A stretch of 64,000 bases of DNA from Acidobacteriota bacterium (GTDB lineage: Bacteria > Acidobacteriota > UBA890 > WLXD01): NCBI GenBank assembly GCA_965248695.1, contig CBDFKD010000002.1, positions 3,456,001 to 3,520,000 of the forward strand, read 5' to 3'. Positions 1 through 9,886 of this stretch are shown here, piece by piece. The notes under the pieces were generated by a model. The model was not told the origin of the DNA and did not search any database. It saw nothing but the letters and a program-made list of their open reading frames with translations. Each line of letters begins with the position of its first letter. Positions within the stretch are counted from its first letter, which is position 1. Position numbers and translations under genes: made by a program.

Positions 1-40
1 GTGTGGACCGCAGGGCGCGAAAGGGCCTGATCAGCTGCAT
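1..40 (-). CDS. 5' fragment of a probable DUF1015 family protein (runs off the window)
   Basis: Minus strand AGGAG-cttctt-ATG gives MQLIRPFRALRST, resembling the IRPFRALR N-terminus of DUF1015 proteins; lies downstream of mog. Only 13 codons visible. Confidence 0.55.
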   Translation of the reverse strand, partial: MQLIRPFRALRST

Positions 41-89
41 AAGAAGCTCCTGCACGTTGCGGCACAGCTCCGCCTAGCGGCAACTCGCC

Positions 90-644
90 TCATTTCTTCT
101 TCGGGCGGAAGGCGACGAGCTTGGACTCGTCGGTGGTCAAGTAGGGGCCACCGACCAGGTCGACGCAGTACGGGATGGCCGGGAACACCGCGTCGAGGCA
201 CTCGCCGATCGCTTTAGGTTGCCCGGGCAGGTTGAGTATCAAGCTGCTACCACGGATACCGGCTGTCTGGCGCGACAGGATTGCCGTGGGCACGGCACGC
301 AGCGACACCGTCCGCATGAGCTCCCCGAACCCCGGCAGGAGCTTGTCGCTCACCGCCTCGGTGGCCTCCGGCGTGATGTCGCGCGCCGCCGGACCGGTTC
401 CCCCGGTGGTAATCACCAGGCAGCAGCTCTCGCGGTCGCAGAGATCGCGCAGCGTGCTCTCGATCTCGGCCTGTTCGTCGGGTATCACCCGCGCCACCGG
501 CTCCCAGCTCGACGTCAGGAGGTCGTCCAGGTACGCCTGGATAGCCGGCCCGCCACGGTCCTCGTACTCGCCGCGGCTGGCCCGGTCCGAGACCGTGACG
601 ATGCCGATCCTCGCGCTGTCGCTCACGGCGGCGGATTCTGCCAT
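90..644 (-). CDS. mog: Molybdopterin adenylyltransferase MogA
   Basis: IGIVTVSDRASRGEYEDRGGP, TTGGTGPAARDITPEAT, PGFGELMR, TAILSRQTAGIRG and NLPGQPKAI motifs; start trimmed to ATG 644. Confidence 0.93.
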   Translation of the reverse strand: MAESAAVSDSARIGIVTVSDRASRGEYEDRGGPAIQAYLDDLLTSSWEPVARVIPDEQAEIESTLRDLCDRESCCLVITTGGTGPAARDITPEATEAVSDKLLPGFGELMRTVSLRAVPTAILSRQTAGIRGSSLILNLPGQPKAIGECLDAVFPAIPYCVDLVGGPYLTTDESKLVAFRPKKK

Positions 645-685
645 CTCCGGAAGGGGAGCGTCAGCATAGAGCCTGTAAACAGGGT

Positions 686-727
686 GGACTCTGTATGAGG
701 GACTCCGTAAGAGGGACTCTCTATGAG
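686..727. repeat. Three tandem 14-bp direct repeats in a divergent promoter region
   Basis: GGACTCTGTATGAG (686-699), GGACTCCGTAAGAG (700-713), GGACTCTCTATGAG (714-727). Confidence 0.8.
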
Positions 728-808
728 AAAGTCCGGCGATCGACGCAACGCGAGCGGATCCCCGGAACGCGAGCCGGACCCGGCGCTCCACCTCTTTACC
801 AGAGACAG

Positions 809-3781
809 ATGCCAAGATTGCCCCACCTCAAGCTCTCCGCGCTGCTCGCACTCGTTGTCTGCATCGGCACAAGCACCGCCGCGACGCCTCAGGAAGGTGC
901 ATCGCTGACCCAGGACCTGCGCTGGCGTAACATCGGCCCGGCCAACATGACCGGGCGCATCGCGTCCATCGACGCGCTCGAGACGGACCACCGCACGGTG
1001 CTCGTGGCCTCGGCGTCCGGCGGCGTCTTCCTGAGCCACAACGCCGGGCTCACCTGGAAACCGATCTTCGACAACGCCGACGGCGCCGGATCGATCGGCG
1101 CCGCGGTGCTGTTCCAGGCCGACCCCGACGTCATCTGGGTGGGCACCGGCGAGGCTGCCAACCGAAACAGCAGCGGCTGGGGGGATGGCGTTTGGCGCAC
1201 CACCGATGGCGGCGACACCTGGGACCATCTCGGTCTCGCCGATACGCACCACATAGCCGAGATCGCCCTCCACCCCACCGACCCGGATGTGGCCTACGTC
1301 GCCTCGCCGGGTCATCTATGGGGATATGACGGCGACCGGGGCCTATTCAAGACGGTCAACGGCGGCGCCAGCTGGACGAGGCTCGGCGGCGGATTGCCGG
1401 AAGACAGCAAGACCGGATGCACCGAGATCATCATGCAGCCTGGAAATCCCGAGGTGCTCTACGCCGGTTTCTACCACCGCCTGCGGCAACCGGCGACGAT
1501 GGTCAGTGGAGGCGAGCAGGGCGGCCTGTACAAAAGCACCGATGGCGGCGCCACCTGGCGGCAGCTGACCAACGGGCTGCCGGCAGCCACGGGAATGATC
1601 GACGTCGCCATCCGTCACGGCGACCCACGCATGGTGGTGGCGGCAATCGAAGCCGATCAGAACATCGCCTTCGACGGCGATAGGCACGCCTCGGAAAACC
1701 CGCCGGGCCCCGGAATCTACATCTCCCGCGACGCCGGCGAGACCTGGACGTACGCGCTGCGCACCAACGTCAGGCCCTTCTACCACGGGCAGGTCGAGGT
1801 CGACCCCACCGACCCGGACCGCATCTACTCGGTCGGGCGTGAGTTCAAGGTCACCAAGGACGGCGGCGAGACCTGGATCGATCGCTGGTGGGGCGGCGGC
1901 GGCGACGACCACGACCTGTGGATCGCGCCCGACGACGGCTCCGTCCGCTACATGGCCACCGATCAGGGCGCCTACTTGACGGTCGACGACGGCGAAACGG
2001 TGCTGGGTTTCAACAACATGGCGATCGGGCAGTACTACAAGATCGGCGTCGACATGCGCGACCCGTACTGGGTGATCGGCGGGCTCCAGGACAACGCCAT
2101 CTGGCAGGGGCCCAGCAACTCACGTGAGGTGCGCGGCATCCTCAATCTGCACAACACCTGGCTGGCCGAGGGAGATGGCTCCGCATCCTGGGTCGACCCG
2201 ACCGACTGGCGTACCGCCTACGCCGTCAATCACGTGGGCTTCGCGGCGCGGCTCAACGTCGAGACCCGCGACCATACCTACATCACGCCGACGCCGGAGA
2301 CCGTGGTCAACTTCGACGACTACGCCGATCCCGAGTACGACGAGGAACCGATCGACTACACCATCGACCCAGGAGAGCATTGGTTCTTCCGCGAACGCCC
2401 GGAGCGGCCGCTGCTGCCGCCACAGTTCCGCTTCAACTGGAACAGCCCGCTACTGATCTCGCCCAGCAACCCGCACACGATTTATTTCGCCGGCAACCAT
2501 CTTTTCAAGTCCGTCGATCGTGGCGACAGCTGGCGCATCATCAGCCCCGATCTGAGCACCAACGACGAAACGCTGCGTAACCCGTCCAGCCAGGGTGGCA
2601 TGACCCGTAGCGTCACCGGCGGCGAGAACCACTTCACGATCTTTGCCATCGACGAGTCGCCGCTCGATCCGGCGCTCGTATGGGCCGGAACCGACGACGG
2701 CAACGTGCAGCTGACGCGGGATGCCGGTATCTCCTGGCGCAATGTTCGCGACGCGATCCCCGGCATCCCGAGCAAGATCTGGGTTGCCAGCATCCGGGCG
2801 TCGCACCATGCCGCCTGCCGCGCATTCGTGGCGCTCGACAATCATCGGCGCGACGACTTTCGTGCCTATGTGTATCGCACCGATGACTGCGGTGCGTCCT
2901 GGGCGGACATATCGGCCACTCTGCCGAACGACGGCAGCACGTACGTGATCGTCGAGGATCCGGTGAACCCGGATCTACTGTTCGTGGGCACCGAGTTCGC
3001 CGTCTTCACATCGGTGGACGCCGGCCGCAGCTGGACGCGCCTGGTGAACAACCTGCCGCGCGTCGCCGCGCGCGACCTGCTGGTGCATCCGCGCGATGGC
3101 GATCTCGTCGTCGGCACGCACGGCCGCGCCATCTGGATCCTCGACGACATCTCCCCGCTGCGGCAGACAACGGCAGAGGTCACGGCGAGCGCCGCCTGGC
3201 TGTACGAGCCGCGGCGCGCAACACGCTGGGCGCGCATCAACCTGGGGCGCAAGCAACCCGACTTCCTCTTCCGCGGCGAGAACCCTCCGTACGGCGCCCT
3301 ACTGCACTTCTGGCTGCGCGAGGCGCCAGGCGATGGTGCGACGCTACGAGTGGAGGAGATCCTCGGGGATCGGCAGCAAACGATCGACGTGGAAGCCAAG
3401 GCGGGCCTCAACCGCGCGCGCTGGGACCTGTCGTTCTCCCCCACCGACGCCGACCGACGCAATTTCCGTGACCATCTCCGCGAGGTACTGCGAACGCTGG
3501 CCAGTCGGGTGGACACGTCCGCCCTTCAGCGTCAGCTTGATGCCCTCAGCGGGCGCCTCGACGCGATCGATCTGGCATCAGATGACGTCGATCGTGACCT
3601 CAACGCCGTGCGCGGCGCCTTCGTCGGCGGCTTCGCTATGTACGCCGGCGGCCGGCCGCTGTTCGGCGACAAGATCGGTCCCAATGAGGCGCAGCCGGGC
3701 ACCTACCGCGTCGTGCTCGAGGTCGGGGACCGGACTCTGGAACGCAGGCTCGTTGTGCGGGACGATCCGTTGCGCCACTGA
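809..3781 (+). CDS. Secreted BNR/Asp-box repeat (VPS10/sortilin-like) beta-propeller protein, putative glycosyl hydrolase
   Basis: Signal peptide, WRNIGPANMTGRI start and many S/TxDGGxTW Asp-boxes; start trimmed to ATG 809. Confidence 0.88.
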   Translation: MPRLPHLKLSALLALVVCIGTSTAATPQEGASLTQDLRWRNIGPANMTGRIASIDALETDHRTVLVASASGGVFLSHNAGLTWKPIFDNADGAGSIGAAVLFQADPDVIWVGTGEAANRNSSGWGDGVWRTTDGGDTWDHLGLADTHHIAEIALHPTDPDVAYVASPGHLWGYDGDRGLFKTVNGGASWTRLGGGLPEDSKTGCTEIIMQPGNPEVLYAGFYHRLRQPATMVSGGEQGGLYKSTDGGATWRQLTNGLPAATGMIDVAIRHGDPRMVVAAIEADQNIAFDGDRHASENPPGPGIYISRDAGETWTYALRTNVRPFYHGQVEVDPTDPDRIYSVGREFKVTKDGGETWIDRWWGGGGDDHDLWIAPDDGSVRYMATDQGAYLTVDDGETVLGFNNMAIGQYYKIGVDMRDPYWVIGGLQDNAIWQGPSNSREVRGILNLHNTWLAEGDGSASWVDPTDWRTAYAVNHVGFAARLNVETRDHTYITPTPETVVNFDDYADPEYDEEPIDYTIDPGEHWFFRERPERPLLPPQFRFNWNSPLLISPSNPHTIYFAGNHLFKSVDRGDSWRIISPDLSTNDETLRNPSSQGGMTRSVTGGENHFTIFAIDESPLDPALVWAGTDDGNVQLTRDAGISWRNVRDAIPGIPSKIWVASIRASHHAACRAFVALDNHRRDDFRAYVYRTDDCGASWADISATLPNDGSTYVIVEDPVNPDLLFVGTEFAVFTSVDAGRSWTRLVNNLPRVAARDLLVHPRDGDLVVGTHGRAIWILDDISPLRQTTAEVTASAAWLYEPRRATRWARINLGRKQPDFLFRGENPPYGALLHFWLREAPGDGATLRVEEILGDRQQTIDVEAKAGLNRARWDLSFSPTDADRRNFRDHLREVLRTLASRVDTSALQRQLDALSGRLDAIDLASDDVDRDLNAVRGAFVGGFAMYAGGRPLFGDKIGPNEAQPGTYRVVLEVGDRTLERRLVVRDDPLRH

Positions 3782-3853
3782 GGCATCACACTGCGTGGCT
3801 GAGCCATCGCGCTGCGCCGTTGAGCCGTCGTCCTGACGTCGAGCTGCAGGCGC

Positions 3854-4795
3854 TCAGTCGGCTGTTCTCATGCGCAGACTGCGCCGCATGAACCGGCTCT
3901 CTCGGGCCAGCACATACAGGCCGCTGGTGATGATCACCCCCGCCCCGATCAGCATGCCGACGGTTGGCACCTCGGCCCATATCAAGTAGCCGAGCGCCAT
4001 CGCCCACACGAGATGGGTGTAGTCGAAGGGGGCAACCACGTACACCGGGGCCATTCGGTACGCCTGGATCATGGCGTAGTGAGAGACGCCACCGAGCAGC
4101 CCCAGCGCCAGCAGCAGGACGACGTCCGTGCCACCAGGCGTTACCCAGTAGAAGGGCCACGTGACGATCGAAACCAGCCCCATGAACACGGCACTGTAGA
4201 TGAGCATCGCAGCGGCCGACTCCGTGCGGCTCAATCGACGTGTCTCGATCATCATCAGGGCGTAGAAGAAACTCGACGCCAGTGCTGCGATCCCGGCCCA
4301 GTCGGTGGCCGCGTTGCCGGTCGGCCGGACGATGATCACGACACCGAAGAAGCCGATCAGCAACGCCGTCCAGCGGTGCACGCCGACATGCTCGCCAAGC
4401 AGCGGCCCCGACAGCGCCGTGATAATCAGCGGCGCCGAGAAGACGATCGCCGCTACTTCCCCGAGTGGCAACGCCGATATGGCGACATAGAACGTCAGCC
4501 AAGTGGCGAACGTCAGCCCACAGCGCAGCAGGTGCCGACGCGGCCGGCGCGTGCGCAACCGCTGCAGCCCGCCTTCCGCCCGTAGCAGGAACGCCGCCGG
4601 GACAAGCATCACCAAGCTGCGCACGCCGAGGATCTGCATGATCGGGTAGTCGGCAACCAGCAGCTTTATGATCGCGTCCTGGAGCGCGAATAGGGCCACC
4701 GCGAACAGGACGCAGGCAATCGCCAGCGGCGGACTTCGATCATCCACCGGCATCGATTGCGGCGGCGCAACCGCCAGCTCTTCGGGGGCCTTCAT
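3854..4795 (-). CDS. DMT/EamA family transporter
   Basis: About 10 hydrophobic segments in two repeats; LGEHVGVHRW and VVAPFDYTHLVWA motifs. Confidence 0.9.
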   Translation of the reverse strand: MKAPEELAVAPPQSMPVDDRSPPLAIACVLFAVALFALQDAIIKLLVADYPIMQILGVRSLVMLVPAAFLLRAEGGLQRLRTRRPRRHLLRCGLTFATWLTFYVAISALPLGEVAAIVFSAPLIITALSGPLLGEHVGVHRWTALLIGFFGVVIIVRPTGNAATDWAGIAALASSFFYALMMIETRRLSRTESAAAMLIYSAVFMGLVSIVTWPFYWVTPGGTDVVLLLALGLLGGVSHYAMIQAYRMAPVYVVAPFDYTHLVWAMALGYLIWAEVPTVGMLIGAGVIITSGLYVLARESRFMRRSLRMRTAD

Positions 4796-5374
4796 CGCTG
4801 TGCCTTCAAGGCGTGGGCGCCACTTCTGGCGCCAGCTCGAGGTCGTCCGGTCACGCCGCTGACGGCTGGTGGCAGCGGTGCCCTATCATACTCGCCGACG
4901 CTCTCCGATCCGATCTCCGAGGAGACCAATGCCTGGTTGCCGACTGGAGCTCAACGACGACGCCTGAGCCGGCCATGCAGCGAAAGTGCGGCCACCGGGG
5001 CGTGCAAGAGATTGCGGAAACTTCTTGCCAAAAGGCTTTCAGTACGCGCGCATGAGGACTAGGATCGCGCCGGGGGTCGCAAAAAACACAGGGGGTTGTC
5101 ATGCCTGAACGGCATGACCAGAAACGGGGAGGTGCCCGTTGCTACGTCTGTTAGCCCGGTGTACCTGCACAACAGCACGCGCGTGGAGTCTCGCTACCAT
5201 CACACCGTCGGGTTTCTTTTCGATCCCGCCGATCGAGAGGCCCGTTGACCCGGACGTCGACACTCACGTGTCGTCGGGCGCCAACGAAGGTTGGCTTGCC
5301 GGGTCGACGTCCGACTCCGGCGGCGGCAACGGTAGCGACGCCCAGGCAATCACCTCCACGGCGCTGCCGTGCGT

Positions 5375-5391
5375 CTGGCACGGCGATCGCA
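5375..5391 (+). promoter_or_regulatory. Candidate sigma54 (-24/-12) promoter
   Basis: CTGGCACGGCGATCGCA = GG-N10-GC with TGGCACG, about 120 bp upstream of ATG 5512. Confidence 0.45.
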
Positions 5392-5511
5392 CGTAATCAC
5401 CGTAGCACCAACAGACCGTCACCAACTTGTGCGCGCTCAGCGCGCGAGAGACGATCTTCGCCGGTCGCAGGTTTTCCGGCGATCGTCCGTATCCCCCTGG
5501 AGGTAGTACCC

Positions 5512-6261
5512 ATGTCCGATTCGATTCTCCGTGCCGCACGAACCACACAGGTTCACAGCGCGTGCCTGTTGCTGGGGGTAGTGTTGGCCATCGTCGTGGC
5601 GCCCGTTGCGGCGGTCCAACACGATGCCCTCAACGACCCCTCCCGACCCGAGGAGGACCGGGCGCGTGACGCAGGCAGCAAGCCTCTGGAGGTGTTCGAT
5701 TGGCTCGGGGTGACCGCCGGAAGCACGGTGGCCGATCTAATTCCCGGCGGCGGCTACAACAGCCACGTGCTGGCCCACGTGGTCGGCGCCTCGGGGCGTG
5801 TCTACAGTGTCGGAACGAGCGCTGATGGCGAGAAGAGTCTGGCGGAGCGATTCGCGGCTGCCGGGCTGGACAACGTCGAGGCGCACGAGAACCTGTCCAG
5901 CATCCCGGATGCGAGCGTCGACGTCTACGTCGTGGTGCGCAACGTACACGACATGCTCATCCCCGATGTCGCCGAGCAGTACGGAATGCAGCCGGATCCC
6001 ATCTTCGCCGAGCTCGTGCGCTCACTGAAGCCCGGTGGAGTACTCGGGGTGATCGACTCGCGCGCGCCAGGTGAAGGAATCGACAGCGAAACGCACCGCG
6101 TGTCCGAGGCGTTCGTGATCGCCGCGGTCGAGTCGCGCGGCTTCGAGCTCGTCGACCGTTCCGAGTTGCTCGCCAACCCCGGCGAGGACTTCGCTCAGCC
6201 GTACTGGGATAGCCGCTTCACGATGGATCGCATGCTGCTCAAGTTCCGCAAATCGAGCTGA
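5512..6261 (+). CDS. Exported class I SAM-dependent methyltransferase (COG4798-like)
   Basis: GGAGGT RBS; N-terminal signal; DPSRPEEDRARDAGSKP, VADLIPGGGYNS and LKPGGVLGVID motifs. Confidence 0.85.
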   Translation: MSDSILRAARTTQVHSACLLLGVVLAIVVAPVAAVQHDALNDPSRPEEDRARDAGSKPLEVFDWLGVTAGSTVADLIPGGGYNSHVLAHVVGASGRVYSVGTSADGEKSLAERFAAAGLDNVEAHENLSSIPDASVDVYVVVRNVHDMLIPDVAEQYGMQPDPIFAELVRSLKPGGVLGVIDSRAPGEGIDSETHRVSEAFVIAAVESRGFELVDRSELLANPGEDFAQPYWDSRFTMDRMLLKFRKSS

Positions 6262-6416
6262 GGGCACACTGGCGCGGTCGCCGGTAGATGCTCGGCGGCC
6301 GCGCCTGCAGTAACCTTACGTATGCGGAAGTGGTGTGGGGGCCATGCCGCGTCCAGCGTCGCATCCACGGGGTTGCGCGCCGGCCACGTTTACGTCCCGA
6401 AATCGTGGGTGGTTCG

Positions 6417-6959
6417 ATGAGACGGTTGTGGGGATTCGGTGTGCTCGTTGTTTTCCTCGGCTGTGCCAGCCCGGCGCTGGCGCAGGGGTTGCAGGCCCAG
6501 GGTCCGTACATCGCCGGGTCGGCTGGCGCGGCTCTCGTACGGCTCGACATCGACGACATCAACCTCATCGACGACACGACGATCGCCTGGAAGGCGGGTG
6601 CCGGCTATCGGTCGCGGAACATCGCCTTCGAGGTCGACTATCGGTCGCTGCGCGAGCTTACCGCCATCTTCCCGGGCGCTGATCTCACCGCCCGCACGAC
6701 CGGCCTCCAGGCATCGATGCTGTTGATCCTGCCCGCGGGTCCGTTCGAGATCTTCGGGCGCGGCGGCTGGTTCCGCTGGAAGCACGAAACCGGCATCATC
6801 GACGAGATCACGGAAACGAAGGGAACCGATTTCGCATATGGAGGCGGCGCCGCATTGCGAGCGGGCACTTTCTCGCTACGAGTCGAGTACGAGCGCTTCA
6901 ACGTCGACTTTCTCCGCGACCTGCAGATGGTGACCGTCGGAATCACAATCGGGTTCTAA
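6417..6959 (+). CDS. Small outer-membrane beta-barrel protein (OmpA-like transmembrane domain)
   Basis: Signal peptide ending ALA, alternating beta-strand pattern (GAGYR, LRVEYERF), C-terminal Phe. Confidence 0.8.
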   Translation: MRRLWGFGVLVVFLGCASPALAQGLQAQGPYIAGSAGAALVRLDIDDINLIDDTTIAWKAGAGYRSRNIAFEVDYRSLRELTAIFPGADLTARTTGLQASMLLILPAGPFEIFGRGGWFRWKHETGIIDEITETKGTDFAYGGGAALRAGTFSLRVEYERFNVDFLRDLQMVTVGITIGF

Positions 6960-7009
6960 TGGGCCTGTAACAGATGAACGCTGGCTATCGTGGTGGCGCT
7001 AGTGGCCTA
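6956..7009. mobile_element. Truncated relative of the MITE at 16823-17085
   Basis: CTAATGGGCCTGTAACAGATGAACGCTGGCTATCGTGGTGGCG aligns with the MITE left end CTAGTGGCCTATAACAGATGATCGTTGCATGTCGTGGTGGCG, and is followed by a second CTAGTGGCCTA end motif. Confidence 0.7.
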
Positions 7010-9886
7010 CTCGTAGCGCAGCACGTCCATCGGGTCGATCCGTGTGGCGCGCCGCGCCGGGATCCACACCGCGAGCAGCGCCACTGCCAGGAAGACCAGC
7101 GCCACCACCGACAGCGAGACCGGATCCGTCGGCTCGATCTCGTAGAGCATCGATTCGAGCAAGCGCGTCAAGGTGAGCGCCGCCGTGATTCCGAGGCCCA
7201 GACCGACAATTGCCAGCAGCATTCCCTGACTGAGAATGCGGCGCAGGATGCCGCCCACAGGGGCTCCCAGCGCGCGGCGGATCGCCGTATCGCGCACGCC
7301 TTGCTGTACCGAGTACGACAGCATGCCGTAGATCCCGACCGCCGCCAGCGACAGGGCAAGCAACGCAAACGCTGCCACCAGGCTGGCGTAGAAACGCGGC
7401 TCGGCCACCGAATCGGAGAGTCGATCGCGGATCGTAGCGGCGCTCAGCACCAGCAGCCGAGCTTCCGACTGGCGTAGCGTCGTGCGCACCGCGGGCAACA
7501 CGCTCAACGGAGCCGGTCCGGTTCGAATCAGCAAGTGCGCCGTCCTGAACAACATCGGCACCATGCGCTCCGACGCCTGACGGTACGGAAGGAAAATGTC
7601 CGCTTGCGGCGTCGGATCGACGCCGGCAGTTCGAACGTCCTCGACGACGCCGACGATCTCGAGCTCCTGCCCGCCAATGAAGGGCATCTTCTCGCCCACC
7701 GGGTCGCGATCCCCGAACATCGCCTCCTTGCCCGAGCGGCTCAGAACAGCCACCGCTAGCGTCTCCGGTCGATCATCGCGGTTGATGAGCCGGCCGGCGG
7801 CGGGCGTGGCTCTCAGGGCGTCGAAATATCCGTTCTCCACCATGCGTACGCCCACCGGCGTCGGACGTTGCTCCGGGGCGCTGGGGCCTTCGTCGCGCTG
7901 CGTCGACATCGCGATACGGATGTTCGCCGGCAGATAAGGCGGCTGGCTGGCAACCGTCGCGGAGAGGATCCCTGGCACGCTCTCGAGTCGACCCACCAGG
8001 TCGTCGTAGTAGTTCAGGTGCGATGCCGCGTCGGGGTAGGCGTTGGCAGGCAGGCTGATGTGCAGGTGCAACAAGTTGTTGGGGTCATAGCCAGGGTCGA
8101 CGCTCGTCAACCGGATGAAGCTCGCCATCAGCAGACCCGCGCCGACAAGCAGCACGACCGACATTGCCACCTCGGCGGTCACCAGCAGCTGGCGCAGCGC
8201 GTTACGGCCCAGTCCCCGGGTCAGCCCGGAGCTGGCGAACTCGTCCTTCAAGGCACGGGTCAGATCGAGGCGCGACGCACCGCGCGCCGGCATCAGGCTG
8301 AACAACGAAGCAGTGACCAACGTGACCAGGAGCGTGAACCCGAGCACGCGAACGTCAACACCAACCCCCTCGAGTCGCGGAATGAACTCCGGGCCCAGGG
8401 CGGCAAGCAACCGCAGACCACCGAACGCCATTGCCAGGCCGAGTACGCCCCCAGCCACCGCCAACAGCAAGCTCTCGATGAACAGATAGCGCGACAGTCT
8501 CCACGCACCGGCACCGAGCGCCGACCGCACCGCGGTTTCCTTGCGACGCTCTACCGAGCGCGCGGTCACCAAATTGGCGACGTTGGCGCAGGCGATCAGC
8601 AAGACGAACCCGACGGCCCCCATGAGCATCAGAAGCGATCTGCGCACCGAACCGACGACCTCTTCCTGCATGGAGATCACCTCGGCGGTGCGATCGCCCA
8701 GCGTGGCGACGTCCTCCTGACGCAGCCCACGCACCAGCGCCGTGCCCTCCTCGGAGGCCATGTTCAACGTGACTCCCGGAGTCAGCCGAGCGACCACGCG
8801 GCCCCAGAGCTCGAAATGGGCCTCGGCTTGGTCGCCGTCGTCTCCTTGGTCGCCGCCCTGGCCGCCACCCTCCTGGCCGCCGCCTGGGCCCTGGCCACCG
8901 CCGTCGGGGCCACCTGCCTGACCGGATTCCCCGGCACCACCTCGACGTACGTTGCGCTCGCTGCGAACCGAGGTTCCCTGTCGACTCGCCTCTTCCGCTC
9001 CACCTGCTGGATCAGGCGGCGATGCCAGCATCGGTACGTAGTACTCGACGGAGGCATCAGGAAACTGGAACCCCGGTCGAGTGACGCCAACGACGGTTCG
9101 ACTGCGGTCGTCGAGACGCAGCTCGGTCCCCACGACAGCAGGATCGCCACCGAAATACCGTTGCCAGGCACGGTGTCCCAGAACGATGACCCCGTCTTGC
9201 CCGCGCTCTTCCTCGTCGGGAGTAAACGTGCGCCCAACCATCGCATCGATCCGCAACAACGGGAACAGGGCCGGCGACGCCGCCAGCCCATTGAGCCTCA
9301 CTGGCTCCTCCAGGCTCGTGATGGTGGCTTCCTGCTGTGAGTACATCGCCATCTGCTCGAACGAGCGACTGTCGGAGCGCCAGGCCAGGAAGAGGTTCTG
9401 CGACGCGCCCGCGCGGCTGATCCCCTCGAGCTCCCCGTCGCCACGTTCATTGACGACCACAATGTCCGCCGGCTGGTCGTACGGCAGCGGCCGCAGCAAC
9501 ACGCCGTCGACGACGCTGAAAATGGCGCTGTTCGCACCGATCGCCAGCGCCAGGGTCACCACCACCACACCGCTGAACGCCGGCGTCTTCACCAGCGCAC
9601 GCGCCGCCTGTCGCACGTCCTGCAGCAGGTTCATCATCCACTCCGTTGACCACCCCGTGTCCGGGGCGCTCGTGTTCTCAGGGCGGCCGCGTCCATAGGG
9701 GCTGCGTGCAAGGCTCAGCACGTCGACCCAGTACTTCGCCGCGGCTCGCCGGCGTCCATGACTCTGCAATCGGAGCTCGAATAGCTCCTGAATGTCTCCT
9801 TCCACTACATCTCGATAGCGCGGTCGGCATAGCCGGCGCAGCAGCCACGCTGCGGCGGCTGGAGGCGACGGCGTCTGGTCAGGCAT
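7007..9886 (-). CDS. ADOP-type (MacB/FtsX duplicated) ABC transporter permease
   Basis: LALAIGANSAIFSVVDGVLLRPLPY, LLIACANVANL and PARRATRIDPM motifs; start ATG 9886 overlaps the PadR stop. Confidence 0.92.
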   Translation of the reverse strand: MPDQTPSPPAAAAWLLRRLCRPRYRDVVEGDIQELFELRLQSHGRRRAAAKYWVDVLSLARSPYGRGRPENTSAPDTGWSTEWMMNLLQDVRQAARALVKTPAFSGVVVVTLALAIGANSAIFSVVDGVLLRPLPYDQPADIVVVNERGDGELEGISRAGASQNLFLAWRSDSRSFEQMAMYSQQEATITSLEEPVRLNGLAASPALFPLLRIDAMVGRTFTPDEEERGQDGVIVLGHRAWQRYFGGDPAVVGTELRLDDRSRTVVGVTRPGFQFPDASVEYYVPMLASPPDPAGGAEEASRQGTSVRSERNVRRGGAGESGQAGGPDGGGQGPGGGQEGGGQGGDQGDDGDQAEAHFELWGRVVARLTPGVTLNMASEEGTALVRGLRQEDVATLGDRTAEVISMQEEVVGSVRRSLLMLMGAVGFVLLIACANVANLVTARSVERRKETAVRSALGAGAWRLSRYLFIESLLLAVAGGVLGLAMAFGGLRLLAALGPEFIPRLEGVGVDVRVLGFTLLVTLVTASLFSLMPARGASRLDLTRALKDEFASSGLTRGLGRNALRQLLVTAEVAMSVVLLVGAGLLMASFIRLTSVDPGYDPNNLLHLHISLPANAYPDAASHLNYYDDLVGRLESVPGILSATVASQPPYLPANIRIAMSTQRDEGPSAPEQRPTPVGVRMVENGYFDALRATPAAGRLINRDDRPETLAVAVLSRSGKEAMFGDRDPVGEKMPFIGGQELEIVGVVEDVRTAGVDPTPQADIFLPYRQASERMVPMLFRTAHLLIRTGPAPLSVLPAVRTTLRQSEARLLVLSAATIRDRLSDSVAEPRFYASLVAAFALLALSLAAVGIYGMLSYSVQQGVRDTAIRRALGAPVGGILRRILSQGMLLAIVGLGLGITAALTLTRLLESMLYEIEPTDPVSLSVVALVFLAVALLAVWIPARRATRIDPMDVLRYE

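Noticed and set aside
686-727. Possible CRISPR mini-array
   Set aside because: Repeats are 14 bp, contiguous, without spacers, and no cas genes are present.
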